A stretch of DNA of 64,000 nucleotides from Aureliella sp. (lineage in GTDB: Bacteria; Planctomycetota; Planctomycetia; Pirellulales; Pirellulaceae). A program made the position numbers and the translations under genes. Below are positions 49,164 through 59,305 of the stretch, in pieces. Numbering within the stretch: the stretch's first letter is position 1; the number at the start of each line of letters is the position of its first letter. Location of the stretch: assembly GCA_963691875.1 (NCBI GenBank), contig OY829846.1:1696001-1760000 (forward strand). Reading direction: 5' to 3'. Under the pieces are notes generated by a model that did not search any database, was not told the DNA's origin, and was given only the letters and a program-made list of their open reading frames with translations.

Positions 49164-49449
49164 TTGGGCCTTCGAATTGCCTTATGATCCGCCCAAGCTC
49201 GGGTCAGCGAAGCCTTGTGATGGCCTTAGTGCGGTCTCTTCGGCGATTCTTAACGAGGTTGCTTCGGCAGCTTGAGGCCACTTTAGGTACCGTAACTTTG
49301 GCCGGTCCTACTTCGGCAGTACTCGCTCCCTTACGTGAGATTGGGTCGAACACTAAAATCGGTCGTCGACGTTCATTCGGCAGATTCTTTGCGGAAAGTA
49401 GGTCTGACAGGACAGGCATTCGATTATCAGAATTCATAGCGATCCCATC

Positions 49450-50712
49450 ATGCAAACATCACCATTCTCCACCGTTCGTTCTCAGATCGCAGGCCTGTCA
49501 ATTGAGAGCCTCATCGAGAAGTTTGGATCGCCTTGCTACTTCTACGACGCCGCTTCGATCGAACAGCGAATCGCAGACTTGAGTGTGTTTGATACCATCC
49601 GATACGCTCAGAAAGCACTGTCGAACATCGCCATCCTCGACCGTGTTCGCAAGCATGGCGCAGTCGTCGATGCTGTCAGTGCAGGCGAAATCGAAAGGGC
49701 CCTGCGCGTGGGATTTGCCCCACAATCGCGTCCAAACCAACTGGTGTACACCGCGGATGTCTTCGATCGTGAAGCATTGAGACTGGTTACGGAGCACAAA
49801 ATCCCAGTCAATGTCGGCTCTCCTGACATGATTGACCAACTTGGACAAGTTGCCCCGGGAAGCGATGTTACCATGCGAATCAATCCAGGGTTCGGCCACG
49901 GACACAGTCAGAAAACCAATACGGGTGGTCCTCAATCAAAGCACGGAATCTGGCACACTCAAATTGACGATTGTTTGCGCATTGCGGATCGACACGGAAT
50001 TACAGTTACGGGCCTCCACATGCACATCGGTAGTGGGACGGACTTTGAGCACCTCAGCCAAGTTGGAGGCGCGATGGAGAAAGCTTGCGAGCAGGTTGGA
50101 AGGACAGTAAAGGTCATCTCAGCTGGAGGCGGATTGCCGATCCCGTACACGGTGCAAGACAGTTACATCGATATCCACCAGTACTTCGAAGTTTGGGACT
50201 CCGTGCGAAATCGCGTTCAAGAGAAGTTTGGGCATGAAGTCGAGCTAGAGATTGAACCCGGCCGATATCTAGTAGCAGAGTGCGGTTATCTGGTGGCAGA
50301 GATCCAAGCCGTCAAAGCAATGGGAGAGAACACCTTCTACCTGCTGGATGCTGGCTTCAACGACCTCGCTCGTCCGATTCTATACGGGGCATATCACCCG
50401 ATTTCGATATGTCGTCGTGATGGTGCAACGGTCGAGAGTCACGATGTCGTAGTCGGTGGACCACTTTGCGAATCCGGTGACATCTTTACTCAATCCGAGG
50501 GTGGATTCGTTTCTTGCCGTTCTTTACCCAAGGCACAGGTTGGAGATTGGGTTGTCTTGGAACTTGCGGGCGCATACGCCTACGCGATGGCAAGCAATTA
50601 CAACAGCCGCTATCGCTGTCCTGAGGTCCTCATAGAAAACGGCGAAGCCAAGCTGATACGCATTCGTGAGACGGCTGAAGACCTCATGAGACACGAATCG
50701 ATTCCAGGTTAG
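49450..50712 (+). CDS. lysA: Diaminopimelate decarboxylase
   Basis: RYAQKA (PLP Lys), DAVSAGE, HMHIGSG, EPGRYLVA, GPLCESGD, GAY...MASNYN. Confidence 0.96.
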   Translation: MQTSPFSTVRSQIAGLSIESLIEKFGSPCYFYDAASIEQRIADLSVFDTIRYAQKALSNIAILDRVRKHGAVVDAVSAGEIERALRVGFAPQSRPNQLVYTADVFDREALRLVTEHKIPVNVGSPDMIDQLGQVAPGSDVTMRINPGFGHGHSQKTNTGGPQSKHGIWHTQIDDCLRIADRHGITVTGLHMHIGSGTDFEHLSQVGGAMEKACEQVGRTVKVISAGGGLPIPYTVQDSYIDIHQYFEVWDSVRNRVQEKFGHEVELEIEPGRYLVAECGYLVAEIQAVKAMGENTFYLLDAGFNDLARPILYGAYHPISICRRDGATVESHDVVVGGPLCESGDIFTQSEGGFVSCRSLPKAQVGDWVVLELAGAYAYAMASNYNSRYRCPEVLIENGEAKLIRIRETAEDLMRHESIPG

Positions 50713-51365
50713 CGTCCTCCGCCTGACGACGTGCTGCAGCGTGAGGATCTGGCTACATACAGATTATCCATTTCAATCTGGTTTGGAAAAAGCAGTTCAT
50801 TCCTTCCCCTCGACAACTCTGAGGGAGCTTTGTGCATCCGCATTGCCTTGGCCGCGAATTCAAGGAATTCACAGCACTAACTGATGTGCCTGAAGCGCTC
50901 TTAAAAAGTTAGGGGCGCCCCTTCTTTGCAACAGACCTCCCCTCTCTTCGTAACTCTTCTTTTGCGAAAACACTCGCTTGAGAAAGGAAATCCTTCGCCT
51001 TGCGAGCCCTTTTGACGTCATTTCATGGATGGACACTCGGCTCGGTACCATGCAATGACTAAGGCTAGCGCCTCAGGCAATCCAAACACACTTACAAAAC
51101 CAACCTCACGGCGCCCCCTGCACAGCCGCAACCACCCCCCCCAAACATTGTACTCCGGGGCGTTAATTCGTCTTTACCAGCCGTTTTTTGTCGGTAAAAC
51201 GATCTCGAAAGGTTGAAATAACGACATAGCATTGGACAATAGATTCGGCTGTCGGTTGCTCTCAGCCTCAGCCGCTTATTCGGGCAAGGCTTTCCTTGGT
51301 TGGTAATTTATACGTTGCTCGATGTCGTTTTTGTCTCATTTCTATTTCTTCAGCGAGGTTATGCA

Positions 51366-52457
51366 ATGAAGAATCGTCGCTCGGGCTTTACGCTCGTCGA
51401 ACTGTTGGTCGTTATCGCGATCATCGGTATCCTGGTTGGACTTCTGCTTCCAGCCGTTCAAGCAGCACGTGAAGCTGCTCGTCGTATGCAGTGCCAGAAC
51501 AACTTGAAGCAATTGGGCTTGGCAAATCACAACCACGAATCTGCACTCCGTACGATTCCGTCCAACAACAACGGGCAATGGGGTGACCACGCCGGCTTCC
51601 TGTCTCCTGGTCGCTATGGCATCACGCTAACATCTGCTCCTGGCTTTGGTCCATTGGTATTCTTGATGCCATACATGGAACAAACACCTCTTTACAACCA
51701 GTTCACGAAGGGGAAGGGCTACCGCGATCACGCGCAAGCGTCTCTAATCACCCCTCCGCCTAGGCACGTCTTCAAGCCAGTTGAAGGTCAGCCTTGGTGG
51801 TTCGTGGACAACGATTGGGAATTGGGACAATTCCAAATCGGGACTTACCAGTGCCCATCCGACCCAGCTTTGTTCACCACTGGTATCATGTTCTGGACCT
51901 TCAACCCATCTTGCGTTGCAATCGGTGGTATCTGGTTCGGTCCTAATGATAGCCAAGACCACGGCTTCACCAACTACGTTGGCTGTGGTGGTGCAATGAG
52001 CGCTATTCGTTACGAATCAAATGGAATCACCCAGTGCGGTCCTCACGGAAACCCAGAGCGCGTTGACCTTGATGGCGACGGTGTTGCTGATTTTAGCAAC
52101 TACTACCCACTACGTGGTATGTACGGTAGCGATCGCAACCCAACCAAGTTTGGTCAGGTCACTGACGGGTTGAGCAACACCTTGATGATGGGTGAGACAA
52201 CTGGTGGTGACCGCTGGAACTTCGCTTGGATTTCCATGGGTTGGCTTCCTGTTGGATTGATGGGCAACCGCAACATCAGCACTCCTAAGGGAACTTCTGC
52301 GTGGGCTGGCTTTAACAGCTATCACACCGGTGGTAACAACTGGGTGTTGGGCGATGGTTCCGTACAATACGTTTCGGAAAACATTGCAATCGGAACTCTG
52401 CGTCGTATGGCAGCTATGTCTGACGGCTGGGTTCTTGACGAAGGCTTCACTCAGTAA
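51366..52457 (+). CDS. DUF1559 prepilin-type protein with H-X9-DG motif
   Basis: RSG|FTLVELLVVIAIIGILVGLLLPAVQAAREAARRMQCQNNLKQLGLA, CPSD, DGLSNT, HTGGNNWVLGDGSV. Confidence 0.95.
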   Translation: MKNRRSGFTLVELLVVIAIIGILVGLLLPAVQAAREAARRMQCQNNLKQLGLANHNHESALRTIPSNNNGQWGDHAGFLSPGRYGITLTSAPGFGPLVFLMPYMEQTPLYNQFTKGKGYRDHAQASLITPPPRHVFKPVEGQPWWFVDNDWELGQFQIGTYQCPSDPALFTTGIMFWTFNPSCVAIGGIWFGPNDSQDHGFTNYVGCGGAMSAIRYESNGITQCGPHGNPERVDLDGDGVADFSNYYPLRGMYGSDRNPTKFGQVTDGLSNTLMMGETTGGDRWNFAWISMGWLPVGLMGNRNISTPKGTSAWAGFNSYHTGGNNWVLGDGSVQYVSENIAIGTLRRMAAMSDGWVLDEGFTQ

Positions 52458-52495
52458 TTGAACCTCAGTTAATCCATTGATCTAGGAAGGAAACC

Positions 52496-52693
52496 ATGAA
52501 GAAACTATCTGCTCTGTTGCTAGCATTGGCACTTATCGCTCCTGTTGCAGGATGTGGAGGCTCTGATTCCACTCCACAAGCTCCCGAGAATCCTACCGCT
52601 TCGCCAATGGCTAGCGAAGATACAGGTAACGCTCGTGCTGCAGCTGCGAAAGCAAAAGAGAAAGTTGGCGCCGCAGAGGATCCAATGCAATAA
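52496..52693 (+). CDS. Small lipoprotein downstream of DUF1559
   Basis: AGGAAGG RBS; MKK + hydrophobic stretch + PVAG-C lipobox; disordered mature part. Confidence 0.85.
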   Translation: MKKLSALLLALALIAPVAGCGGSDSTPQAPENPTASPMASEDTGNARAAAAKAKEKVGAAEDPMQ

Positions 52694-52720
52694 GCTTCTT
52701 GGTTGACTATTGAAATCTAC

Positions 52721-52757
52721 AAACGCGATTGGCTCCTGCCAGTCGCGTTTTTATTTT
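52721..52757 (+). terminator. Intrinsic terminator
   Basis: AAACGCGATTGGC-TCCT-GCCAGTCGCGTTT followed by TTATTTT. Confidence 0.85.
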
Positions 52758-52932
52758 GATGGCAGCTGAACTTCAGACTGCAATTCTTGTCTCGCCGGAA
52801 ATCAGGTATCTTGGACAGTGTTTACCGGGTTCCGTTTCGGCCCTTGCGCCCTAGGTTCATGTCCTAGCGTTTGAAGACTATTGAGCTATCGAGATCAAAT
52901 CCGGCTGACGTTTCTCTCGAAACCTGGATTCA

Positions 52933-54189
52933 ATGCGTAGCACCCTCTTCTACATTCCGCATCAAATAGCTGGTGTTCCGATGTTGGGTTTCGGAATACT
53001 GCTTGCACTCGTATGGATCGTTTTCATCGCGTGGGGAGCTCTTAAGTACTCCAGAACCAAGTCCTCATCGGACGTGACTGGAGCTCTACCTGTCGTACTG
53101 ATCGCTTCGGCGGTTTTGGTCTTTCTATTGCCATCTGTAGAGCAAAAGTGGCCCGACGGAACCGCTATCGGACTGCCAATACGGGGCTATGGCGTGATGG
53201 TCGTTGCTGGACTGTTCTGCGGAGTTGGAATTACAGTTCTGCGCGCAAAGCAATTAGGCCTCTCCGTTGACGACGTGATAGGGCTTGGGTTCTGGATGAT
53301 GTTAACTGGTGTGATCGGCGCTCGAGTTTTTTTTGTTGTACAGAAGTGGTCTGAGTTCAACTCGATCACCGATGTCTTCAAACTCACAGAAGGTGGCTTG
53401 GTCATCTACGGTGGGGTTATTGGGGGCCTTCTGGCAGGCATAACTTATTGCTGGCAACGGAATCTAAATGTTCTGGCGATGGCAGATCTCATCGCCCCCG
53501 GTTTTCTGATTGGGCAAAGCCTGGGAAGAATTGGTTGCCTTCTACATGGCTGCTGCTTTGGAGGTGTTTGTACTGCAGAACTGCCTTCGATTCAGTTCCC
53601 GCAAGGCAGCCTTCCTTACCAGTCGCAATTGGCATCCGGACGTTTGCTGGGTGTTGAGCTCGAGTCCCAGTTTCCGCCTTCAATAATTAAGGCGATCAAG
53701 CCGGACAGTCTCGCCAGCCAGCGTGGATTCAAAAAAGGGGCGAGCCTGTCTGGTGTCTACATTTCAAGCGTTGAGAAGGTCGCCGGTGATGATCCCGTGG
53801 CGGCACCACAGATGTTCGCCGAAGCCAAGGTTGGCGGCCAAGCGATTAGCTTCTTACCGTCTCAACTTCCCTCAAAAAGCCTCGAAACACATCCCTCGCA
53901 GATTTATTCGGCAATCAATGCCGCATTGCTGTGCGTTCTGATCTGGTTTCTACAGCCTTTCGCCAGCCGCGATGGGATGGTCTTTTGCATCGCGATCTTG
54001 CTTTACACTTCGTCGCGTTTTCTGATGGAGTTAGTTCGGAGTGACGAAGCTAGTCAGTTGGGTACCGGACTCACTATCGCACAGCTTTTCAGCGTCGCAG
54101 CTATCGTATCTGCAGTGCTGGGCCTACTGTGGCTAAAAAAAATGCCAGCAAAACGGACTTGGCAATGGGGGCGTGGAAACCCACTCTAA
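52933..54189 (+). CDS. lgt: Prolipoprotein diacylglyceryl transferase
   Basis: IRGYG, IGARVFFV, GGLVIYGG, GRIGCLLHGCCFG, HPSQIY, RFLMELVR. Confidence 0.92.
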   Translation: MRSTLFYIPHQIAGVPMLGFGILLALVWIVFIAWGALKYSRTKSSSDVTGALPVVLIASAVLVFLLPSVEQKWPDGTAIGLPIRGYGVMVVAGLFCGVGITVLRAKQLGLSVDDVIGLGFWMMLTGVIGARVFFVVQKWSEFNSITDVFKLTEGGLVIYGGVIGGLLAGITYCWQRNLNVLAMADLIAPGFLIGQSLGRIGCLLHGCCFGGVCTAELPSIQFPQGSLPYQSQLASGRLLGVELESQFPPSIIKAIKPDSLASQRGFKKGASLSGVYISSVEKVAGDDPVAAPQMFAEAKVGGQAISFLPSQLPSKSLETHPSQIYSAINAALLCVLIWFLQPFASRDGMVFCIAILLYTSSRFLMELVRSDEASQLGTGLTIAQLFSVAAIVSAVLGLLWLKKMPAKRTWQWGRGNPL

Positions 54190-54470
54190 GCCCTGGAAAC
54201 GGGGCGTAATACAGCATTCATTTTGGTAGAAATTGCCAGGATGGCAGTCATAGATGCTCAAATATCCCTACCAGCCACCCACTGGGGGGTGTTTCAGGCG
54301 ATAGCCCGGCGTTAGATTGTTGTCATCGTCAAGGAGGTCCTTCGGCCTGTTCGGAGTATGGAAAGGCAGATTTGTTGGACGAATTGCCCAATCTGTATCA
54401 TCGGCCATCAGCCCCCCAATGCCCTCCTTCTCAATAGTCCATCTACTCGTAGAAGAGAAAACGCATATCG

Positions 54471-55262
54471 ATGTGCTTACTGGCAGTTCTCTACCGCCTT
54501 GTACCAGAAAGCCCGATTCTTGTAGCCGCAAATCGAGAGGAGTATTACGACAGACCTTCCTTACCACCTTCCATACAATCCGGAAAACCGCGAGTGCTCT
54601 GCGGAGTAGATCAACGAGCCGGAGGAACTTGGCTAGGAGTCAACCAACACGGGATGTTTGTTGGCCTTTGTAACCGCCGGGTTCCAGGTAGCTCGGGTGA
54701 TCCAATTGGCGCTCGAAGCCGCGGACTGTTGGCTCGAGAAGTTCTTCGAAGTGGTAGTGCCCGTAAAGGCGTCGACAAAGCCATGGAAGAGCTGATGACT
54801 CATCGCTACGAGGGGCTCAATCTTGTCGTTTGCGATGCGGAGAGTGGATGGGTTGTCCACAGTGATGGTGAGCAGGATGTGCAACCTTTGGAAGAAGGCC
54901 TCAACATCATTGGCAACCAGGACATGAATGACCCGATGGACGAACGAGTCCAGCTTGCTCACCGGCTACTGACTTTGCAGATGCTTGACTCGCCGGTCAA
55001 ATTTCTCGCAGTTGCCAGCAAAGTTTTTGCTCGTAGCCCGACGGCACCAGGCCGTCCAAGTATGATCCAACGAGGAACAGACTATGGAACAGTCAGCAGC
55101 ACATTGATTGCTCTTAGCCCCAAGCCGCGAGATGCGATTTTCCAGTTCGCTTCAGGATCCCCTGACGAAGCCAAGTACGAGGACTACTCGCCAATGCTGC
55201 GAGACATCCTTAGCCGGGGACTTCGAGAGGCTCGTTCCAAAGCAAAGGCTGGCGCTCAGTAG
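54471..55262 (+). CDS. NRDE/TANGO2 family protein
   Basis: N-terminal MCLL, AANREE, D..AGGTWLG.N, SRG.L, YGTVSST. Confidence 0.92.
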   Translation: MCLLAVLYRLVPESPILVAANREEYYDRPSLPPSIQSGKPRVLCGVDQRAGGTWLGVNQHGMFVGLCNRRVPGSSGDPIGARSRGLLAREVLRSGSARKGVDKAMEELMTHRYEGLNLVVCDAESGWVVHSDGEQDVQPLEEGLNIIGNQDMNDPMDERVQLAHRLLTLQMLDSPVKFLAVASKVFARSPTAPGRPSMIQRGTDYGTVSSTLIALSPKPRDAIFQFASGSPDEAKYEDYSPMLRDILSRGLREARSKAKAGAQ

Positions 55263-55287
55263 TTAAGTGACAACATGGAATGCTTCC

Positions 55288-55321
55288 AACGGCTGCGAAT
55301 ACCACATTCGCAGCCGTTTTT
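55288..55321 (+). terminator. Intrinsic terminator
   Basis: AACGGCTGCGAAT-ACCAC-ATTCGCAGCCGTT followed by TTT. Confidence 0.85.
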
Positions 55322-55437
55322 ATGCGCTTCTTCGGGTTGCTATTCTGCATGTTCAGGCAGTTGTTTTTGCACTCGCTTTGGAATACCCTGAAGCACCCCG
55401 AAACTCCCCTTCTCCCATCTGGTCGATGAGCCGCATC

Positions 55438-56649
55438 ATGAAATCGTATTGCATTAGGCTTTGCTCACAAGCCACGTTTACTCTGGCGTTTGTGTCTGTT
55501 TTTTACGGTCGTTTCGCCTGCGCCGAGAAACCTCGGGCCGAACCCTTTGGGAAAACCCAAGCAGGCGAAGCGGTCGAGATCTTCACCTTGAAGAATGAAT
55601 TGGGCATTACCGCTAAAGTTATGACCCGTGGTGCGACCCTCGTTCAACTACATGCACCCGACAAGACAGGTAAGACTGAAGACGTCATCCTGGGTTTTGA
55701 TGATGTCAGCGGATATGAGTCGGAAGCCAATCAGTACTTCGGGTGTACAACGGGACGAGTGTGCAATCGAATCGCGAACGGGAAATTCACCCTGGATGGC
55801 AAGGAGTATTCGCTAGCCATCAATAACGAACCGAATCACCTCCACGGCGGAGTAGAACGAAGTTTGGACAAAGTGATTTGGAAAGCACGCTCATTCGAGA
55901 GTGATCGAGGTCAAGGCGTCACGTTCAGCTACACGAGTCCAGACGGAGAAGAAGGTTATCCTGGTGAACTGAGTATCAAAGTGACCTACTTGGTACTCAA
56001 GGACAAACCAAACTTAAGCATCCGCTACAGCGCGACCACAGATAAGGCGACACCGGTCAACCTGACCAATCACGCTTATTTCAATCTGGCTGGACAGGGC
56101 AGTGAGACCATCCTGGACCACCGTATTCGTATCAACGCAGACAAGTACACGCCTACGGATGAGACCTTGATTCCAACCGGTGAATTGAAAGATGTTGAAG
56201 GAACTGTTCTCGATCTGCGCAAGCAGACCAAGATTGGCAAGAGCATTGATGAATTGGTCGATACCGAAGCTCTCGGATTCGATCACAACTATGTGTTAAA
56301 CTCACCTGGCAAAGGCAAGTATCGTCTGGCAGCCGTGCTTGCCGAGCCAGAGTCTGGACGATTGATGCGCATCACCACAACGGAACCAGGTATCCAGTTT
56401 TACTCGGGCAATTTCCTTAAAGGCGACAAGGGAAAGGGCGGCGAGACGTATGCTCTGCGAAGTGCTTGCTGCCTAGAAACACAACACTTCCCCGACTCAA
56501 TCAACCAAGAGAAGTTCCCAAACACGGTTTTGCGCTCGGGCGAGGAATACGAGTCGCATACGATCTTGGCCTTCTCCAAAATCGAAGACACCAAGAAGAA
56601 CGCATCTGGTCGTAGTCTTTCGACCGCTGGCTCGGATGGCAAGAAATAG
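55438..56649 (+). CDS. galM: Aldose 1-epimerase (mutarotase), probably exported
   Basis: GRVCNRI, NHLHGG, DGEEGYPG, NLTNHAYFNL, DHN, QFYSGNFL, CLETQ; signal-like N-terminus. Confidence 0.93.
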   Translation: MKSYCIRLCSQATFTLAFVSVFYGRFACAEKPRAEPFGKTQAGEAVEIFTLKNELGITAKVMTRGATLVQLHAPDKTGKTEDVILGFDDVSGYESEANQYFGCTTGRVCNRIANGKFTLDGKEYSLAINNEPNHLHGGVERSLDKVIWKARSFESDRGQGVTFSYTSPDGEEGYPGELSIKVTYLVLKDKPNLSIRYSATTDKATPVNLTNHAYFNLAGQGSETILDHRIRINADKYTPTDETLIPTGELKDVEGTVLDLRKQTKIGKSIDELVDTEALGFDHNYVLNSPGKGKYRLAAVLAEPESGRLMRITTTEPGIQFYSGNFLKGDKGKGGETYALRSACCLETQHFPDSINQEKFPNTVLRSGEEYESHTILAFSKIEDTKKNASGRSLSTAGSDGKK

Positions 56650-56657
56650 TTTTAGCA

Positions 56658-56984
56658 ATGGATGCACTTGAAATCAGTCCAGCAGAGACAAAACAACTGC
56701 TAGATCAATCGGAAATCGTGCTGATCGATTGTCGCGAGCAAGAGGAGTTTGAGCTCGCGAAGATAGAGGGAGCAGTTTTGCTCCCAACCAGCCAGTGGCC
56801 CGAAGTTCACAAAAGGCTAGATGAATTTGAAGGCCAGAGAATCGTCGTTCATTGCCACCACGGCATGCGCAGCTTGCAAGTGGTACATTGGATGCTACAG
56901 AACGGCTTTCCCGACGCTCAAAGCATGCAAGGCGGGATAGCTGCCTGGTCTCAGGAAATTGATCCATCTATTCCACAATATTGA
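56658..56984 (+). CDS. Single-domain rhodanese
   Basis: LIDCRE..E, CHHGMRS active loop, MQGGIAAW, IDPSIPQY. Confidence 0.92.
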   Translation: MDALEISPAETKQLLDQSEIVLIDCREQEEFELAKIEGAVLLPTSQWPEVHKRLDEFEGQRIVVHCHHGMRSLQVVHWMLQNGFPDAQSMQGGIAAWSQEIDPSIPQY

Positions 56985-57023
56985 CGCTGAAACAATACTC
57001 TCCCCCATTCATCAAGCGCCGAA

Positions 57024-57689
57024 ATGTCGTCGAAACTCAGTCTCGTTGCTTTGCTCATGTTGCTCCCGATGCCATCAGTCGCGGATGAGCCGGCTAAGGA
57101 AATGGATGGCTTGCCCCTCGTTTTCTCGGATGATTTCGAGGACGGTCATGCGAACTGGGAGGTGACTGACGAAAAAGCTTGGGAGCTCATGAAGGAAGAC
57201 GGAAACTCCAGTTTTGGCCTCAATCGTCGCGTTAGCGATTACACCCCCAAGCATCGCAGCCCGCACAATATCGCACTCATCAAGAATGTGAAGCTTGAAG
57301 AATTTATTCTGATCTATCGCGTAAAGAGCACCAAGGACACTGGCGGCCATCGCGATTGCTGCACATTTTTCTGCCACCAAGACCAGACGCATTTCTACTA
57401 TGTGCATATGGGAGCGAGGCCAGATCCACACTCCGGTCAGATCATGATCGTCAACGATGCCCCACGCAAAGCGATGACAGAGAACAATAAGCACGTTCCG
57501 TGGGATGACCAATGGCACACTATCAAGCTAGTGCGGCGCAACAAGACGGGTCAAATCTTGATCTATTTCGACGACATGGAGAAGCCTCACATGCAGGTCA
57601 AAGACACTACTTTTGGTCGTGGGAGCATCGGAATCGGCTCCTTCGACGACATGAACAACTTTGACGACGTACGGCTTTACGGCAAGTAA
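57024..57689 (+). CDS. Exported lectin/DUF1080-like beta-sandwich protein
   Basis: Signal peptide; LVFSDDFE, WHTIKLVR, GSIGIGSFDD..NFDDVRL. Confidence 0.75.
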   Translation: MSSKLSLVALLMLLPMPSVADEPAKEMDGLPLVFSDDFEDGHANWEVTDEKAWELMKEDGNSSFGLNRRVSDYTPKHRSPHNIALIKNVKLEEFILIYRVKSTKDTGGHRDCCTFFCHQDQTHFYYVHMGARPDPHSGQIMIVNDAPRKAMTENNKHVPWDDQWHTIKLVRRNKTGQILIYFDDMEKPHMQVKDTTFGRGSIGIGSFDDMNNFDDVRLYGK

Positions 57690-57741
57690 AACGCAGCTGA
57701 CTTCGACTGCTGGCCGTCTTGTTGGCGGAACTTAACGAGCT

Positions 57742-58839
57742 TTATTGTCGACGTTCTGTTAGCTCGATGGACAGCTCCACCCTCTCGCCAGCTCGCATTA
57801 CCGTGATTGCAACCGGCTCGCCAATTGGAGACTGCTGCACGATAGCGGAAAAATCAGCTTTGTTGCGGACGTTCTGCCCATCCAGACTAATGATCACATC
57901 GTTAATCTCGAGACCAGCTTTCTTGGCTGCATAGCCCGGTACAAGTCGCCGCACCAAGGCGCCGGAAGCTGCCTTTAGCTTGAGAGATTTGATTTGTTCG
58001 AACGCCACATCAGCAACGGATATACCAGCGTAACCACGCCTCACTTTGCCTTGCTCAAGTAGTTCTTGTCGAATCCAATTTGCACGTCTGATTGGAATCG
58101 CAAATCCGATTCCCTCGAAGCTACCAGAACGTGATGCGATCGCTGTATTGATACCAACCAACTTGCCATCCAAGTCGATCAAAGGCCCTCCTGAATTACC
58201 AGGGTTGACCGAAGCATCTGTCTGCAGGAACTGTCCTTGGACAAGTTGTGATAACTGCCGAAAACGCTTAGTGCTACTGATGATGCCTGCACTGACGGAG
58301 GAGTCGAGCATGAAAGGGTTCCCAATGGCGAGAACCCATTGTCCAACGAAGGGCTCCTCCTCGCTGATCTCCGCGAAAGGCAAATCCTCGGCTTCGATCT
58401 GCAGAACTGCTAAGTCACTTTGTGGGTCCGTAATCGTTTCTTTTACTTTGAAGCGACGTCCATCGATCAAGCGAATCTCTGTCGCCTCGGAATTCTCGAC
58501 AACATGGTGATTGGTCAGGATCACCCCCGTATCGGAGACGATGACTCCGGTTCCGAAACTGTCAAAATTCGGACGCTGGTCGGCAAGGATACTGAGAATC
58601 GGGTCTTTGGTGCCACCCTTACTCGTCCGGCTCAACACTTCAACGGTGCACGGCCGAACCGTCTCAGCTGCACTGTTGAAGGCCAGCGACAGATTTCGGG
58701 CATGACTTCGTACTCGCTTGAGTTCTTTCTTGCTCAACGCATCTTGGGCTAATCCGCTTGTCGAAATGCCCAAAACAAAGATGACAGCGAGGGAAAGTGA
58801 GAGAGTTTTGCGAATTGCAAGGTAGTAGTAGGCTGACAT
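57742..58839 (-). CDS. HtrA/DegP-like serine protease, single PDZ
   Basis: TNHHVV, SDLAVL, QTDASVNPGNSGGPL, GIGFAIP; C-terminal PDZ; signal peptide from ATG 58839. Confidence 0.93.
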   Translation of the reverse strand: MSAYYYLAIRKTLSLSLAVIFVLGISTSGLAQDALSKKELKRVRSHARNLSLAFNSAAETVRPCTVEVLSRTSKGGTKDPILSILADQRPNFDSFGTGVIVSDTGVILTNHHVVENSEATEIRLIDGRRFKVKETITDPQSDLAVLQIEAEDLPFAEISEEEPFVGQWVLAIGNPFMLDSSVSAGIISSTKRFRQLSQLVQGQFLQTDASVNPGNSGGPLIDLDGKLVGINTAIASRSGSFEGIGFAIPIRRANWIRQELLEQGKVRRGYAGISVADVAFEQIKSLKLKAASGALVRRLVPGYAAKKAGLEINDVIISLDGQNVRNKADFSAIVQQSPIGEPVAITVMRAGERVELSIELTERRQ

Positions 58840-59127
58840 CGTAGTAGCTGTCCGTAAGTGATTTCTTGAAACGAGCAAAACTAGTTGACCGTCGGTACAG
58901 TTTACCAAGACGTCGACCTTTAATTTTAGATCGAACCGGCTCGAATCACTGAATGGGCCGGCTTTTCCTTTGAATATCAAGTATTGAGGCGGTAATCGCT
59001 CGCGTCTTCACCCCTCTAAGCGAGTAGACCGTTCTGCAATTACGAAACAAAAAGACGACTCTTGCCTCTAAATGTGAAAAAAGTGAGGTCCTATTCAGCG
59101 CCAGGTTTTATAGGAATGCTCGCCGAC

Positions 59128-59286
59128 ATGCGTATGTATTGCCCCTCATGCTTTCGAGAAGAAGACCACAGATTCGTGGAGCTTCCGAAAGTGGTGCGCA
59201 TCGCCATCTTCGTCGCTACGCTTGGCATTGGCTATCTGTTCTTGCCCAAAAGATGCCAATGCTGCGGGGGAGTTCATTACGTCTAG
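59128..59286 (+). CDS. Small Zn-ribbon membrane protein (LITAF-like layout)
   Basis: YCPSC...hydrophobic IAIFVATLGIGYLFLP...RCQCCG. Confidence 0.62.
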   Translation: MRMYCPSCFREEDHRFVELPKVVRIAIFVATLGIGYLFLPKRCQCCGGVHYV

Positions 59287-59305
59287 ATGGATGAAGCGAT
59301 GGCGG

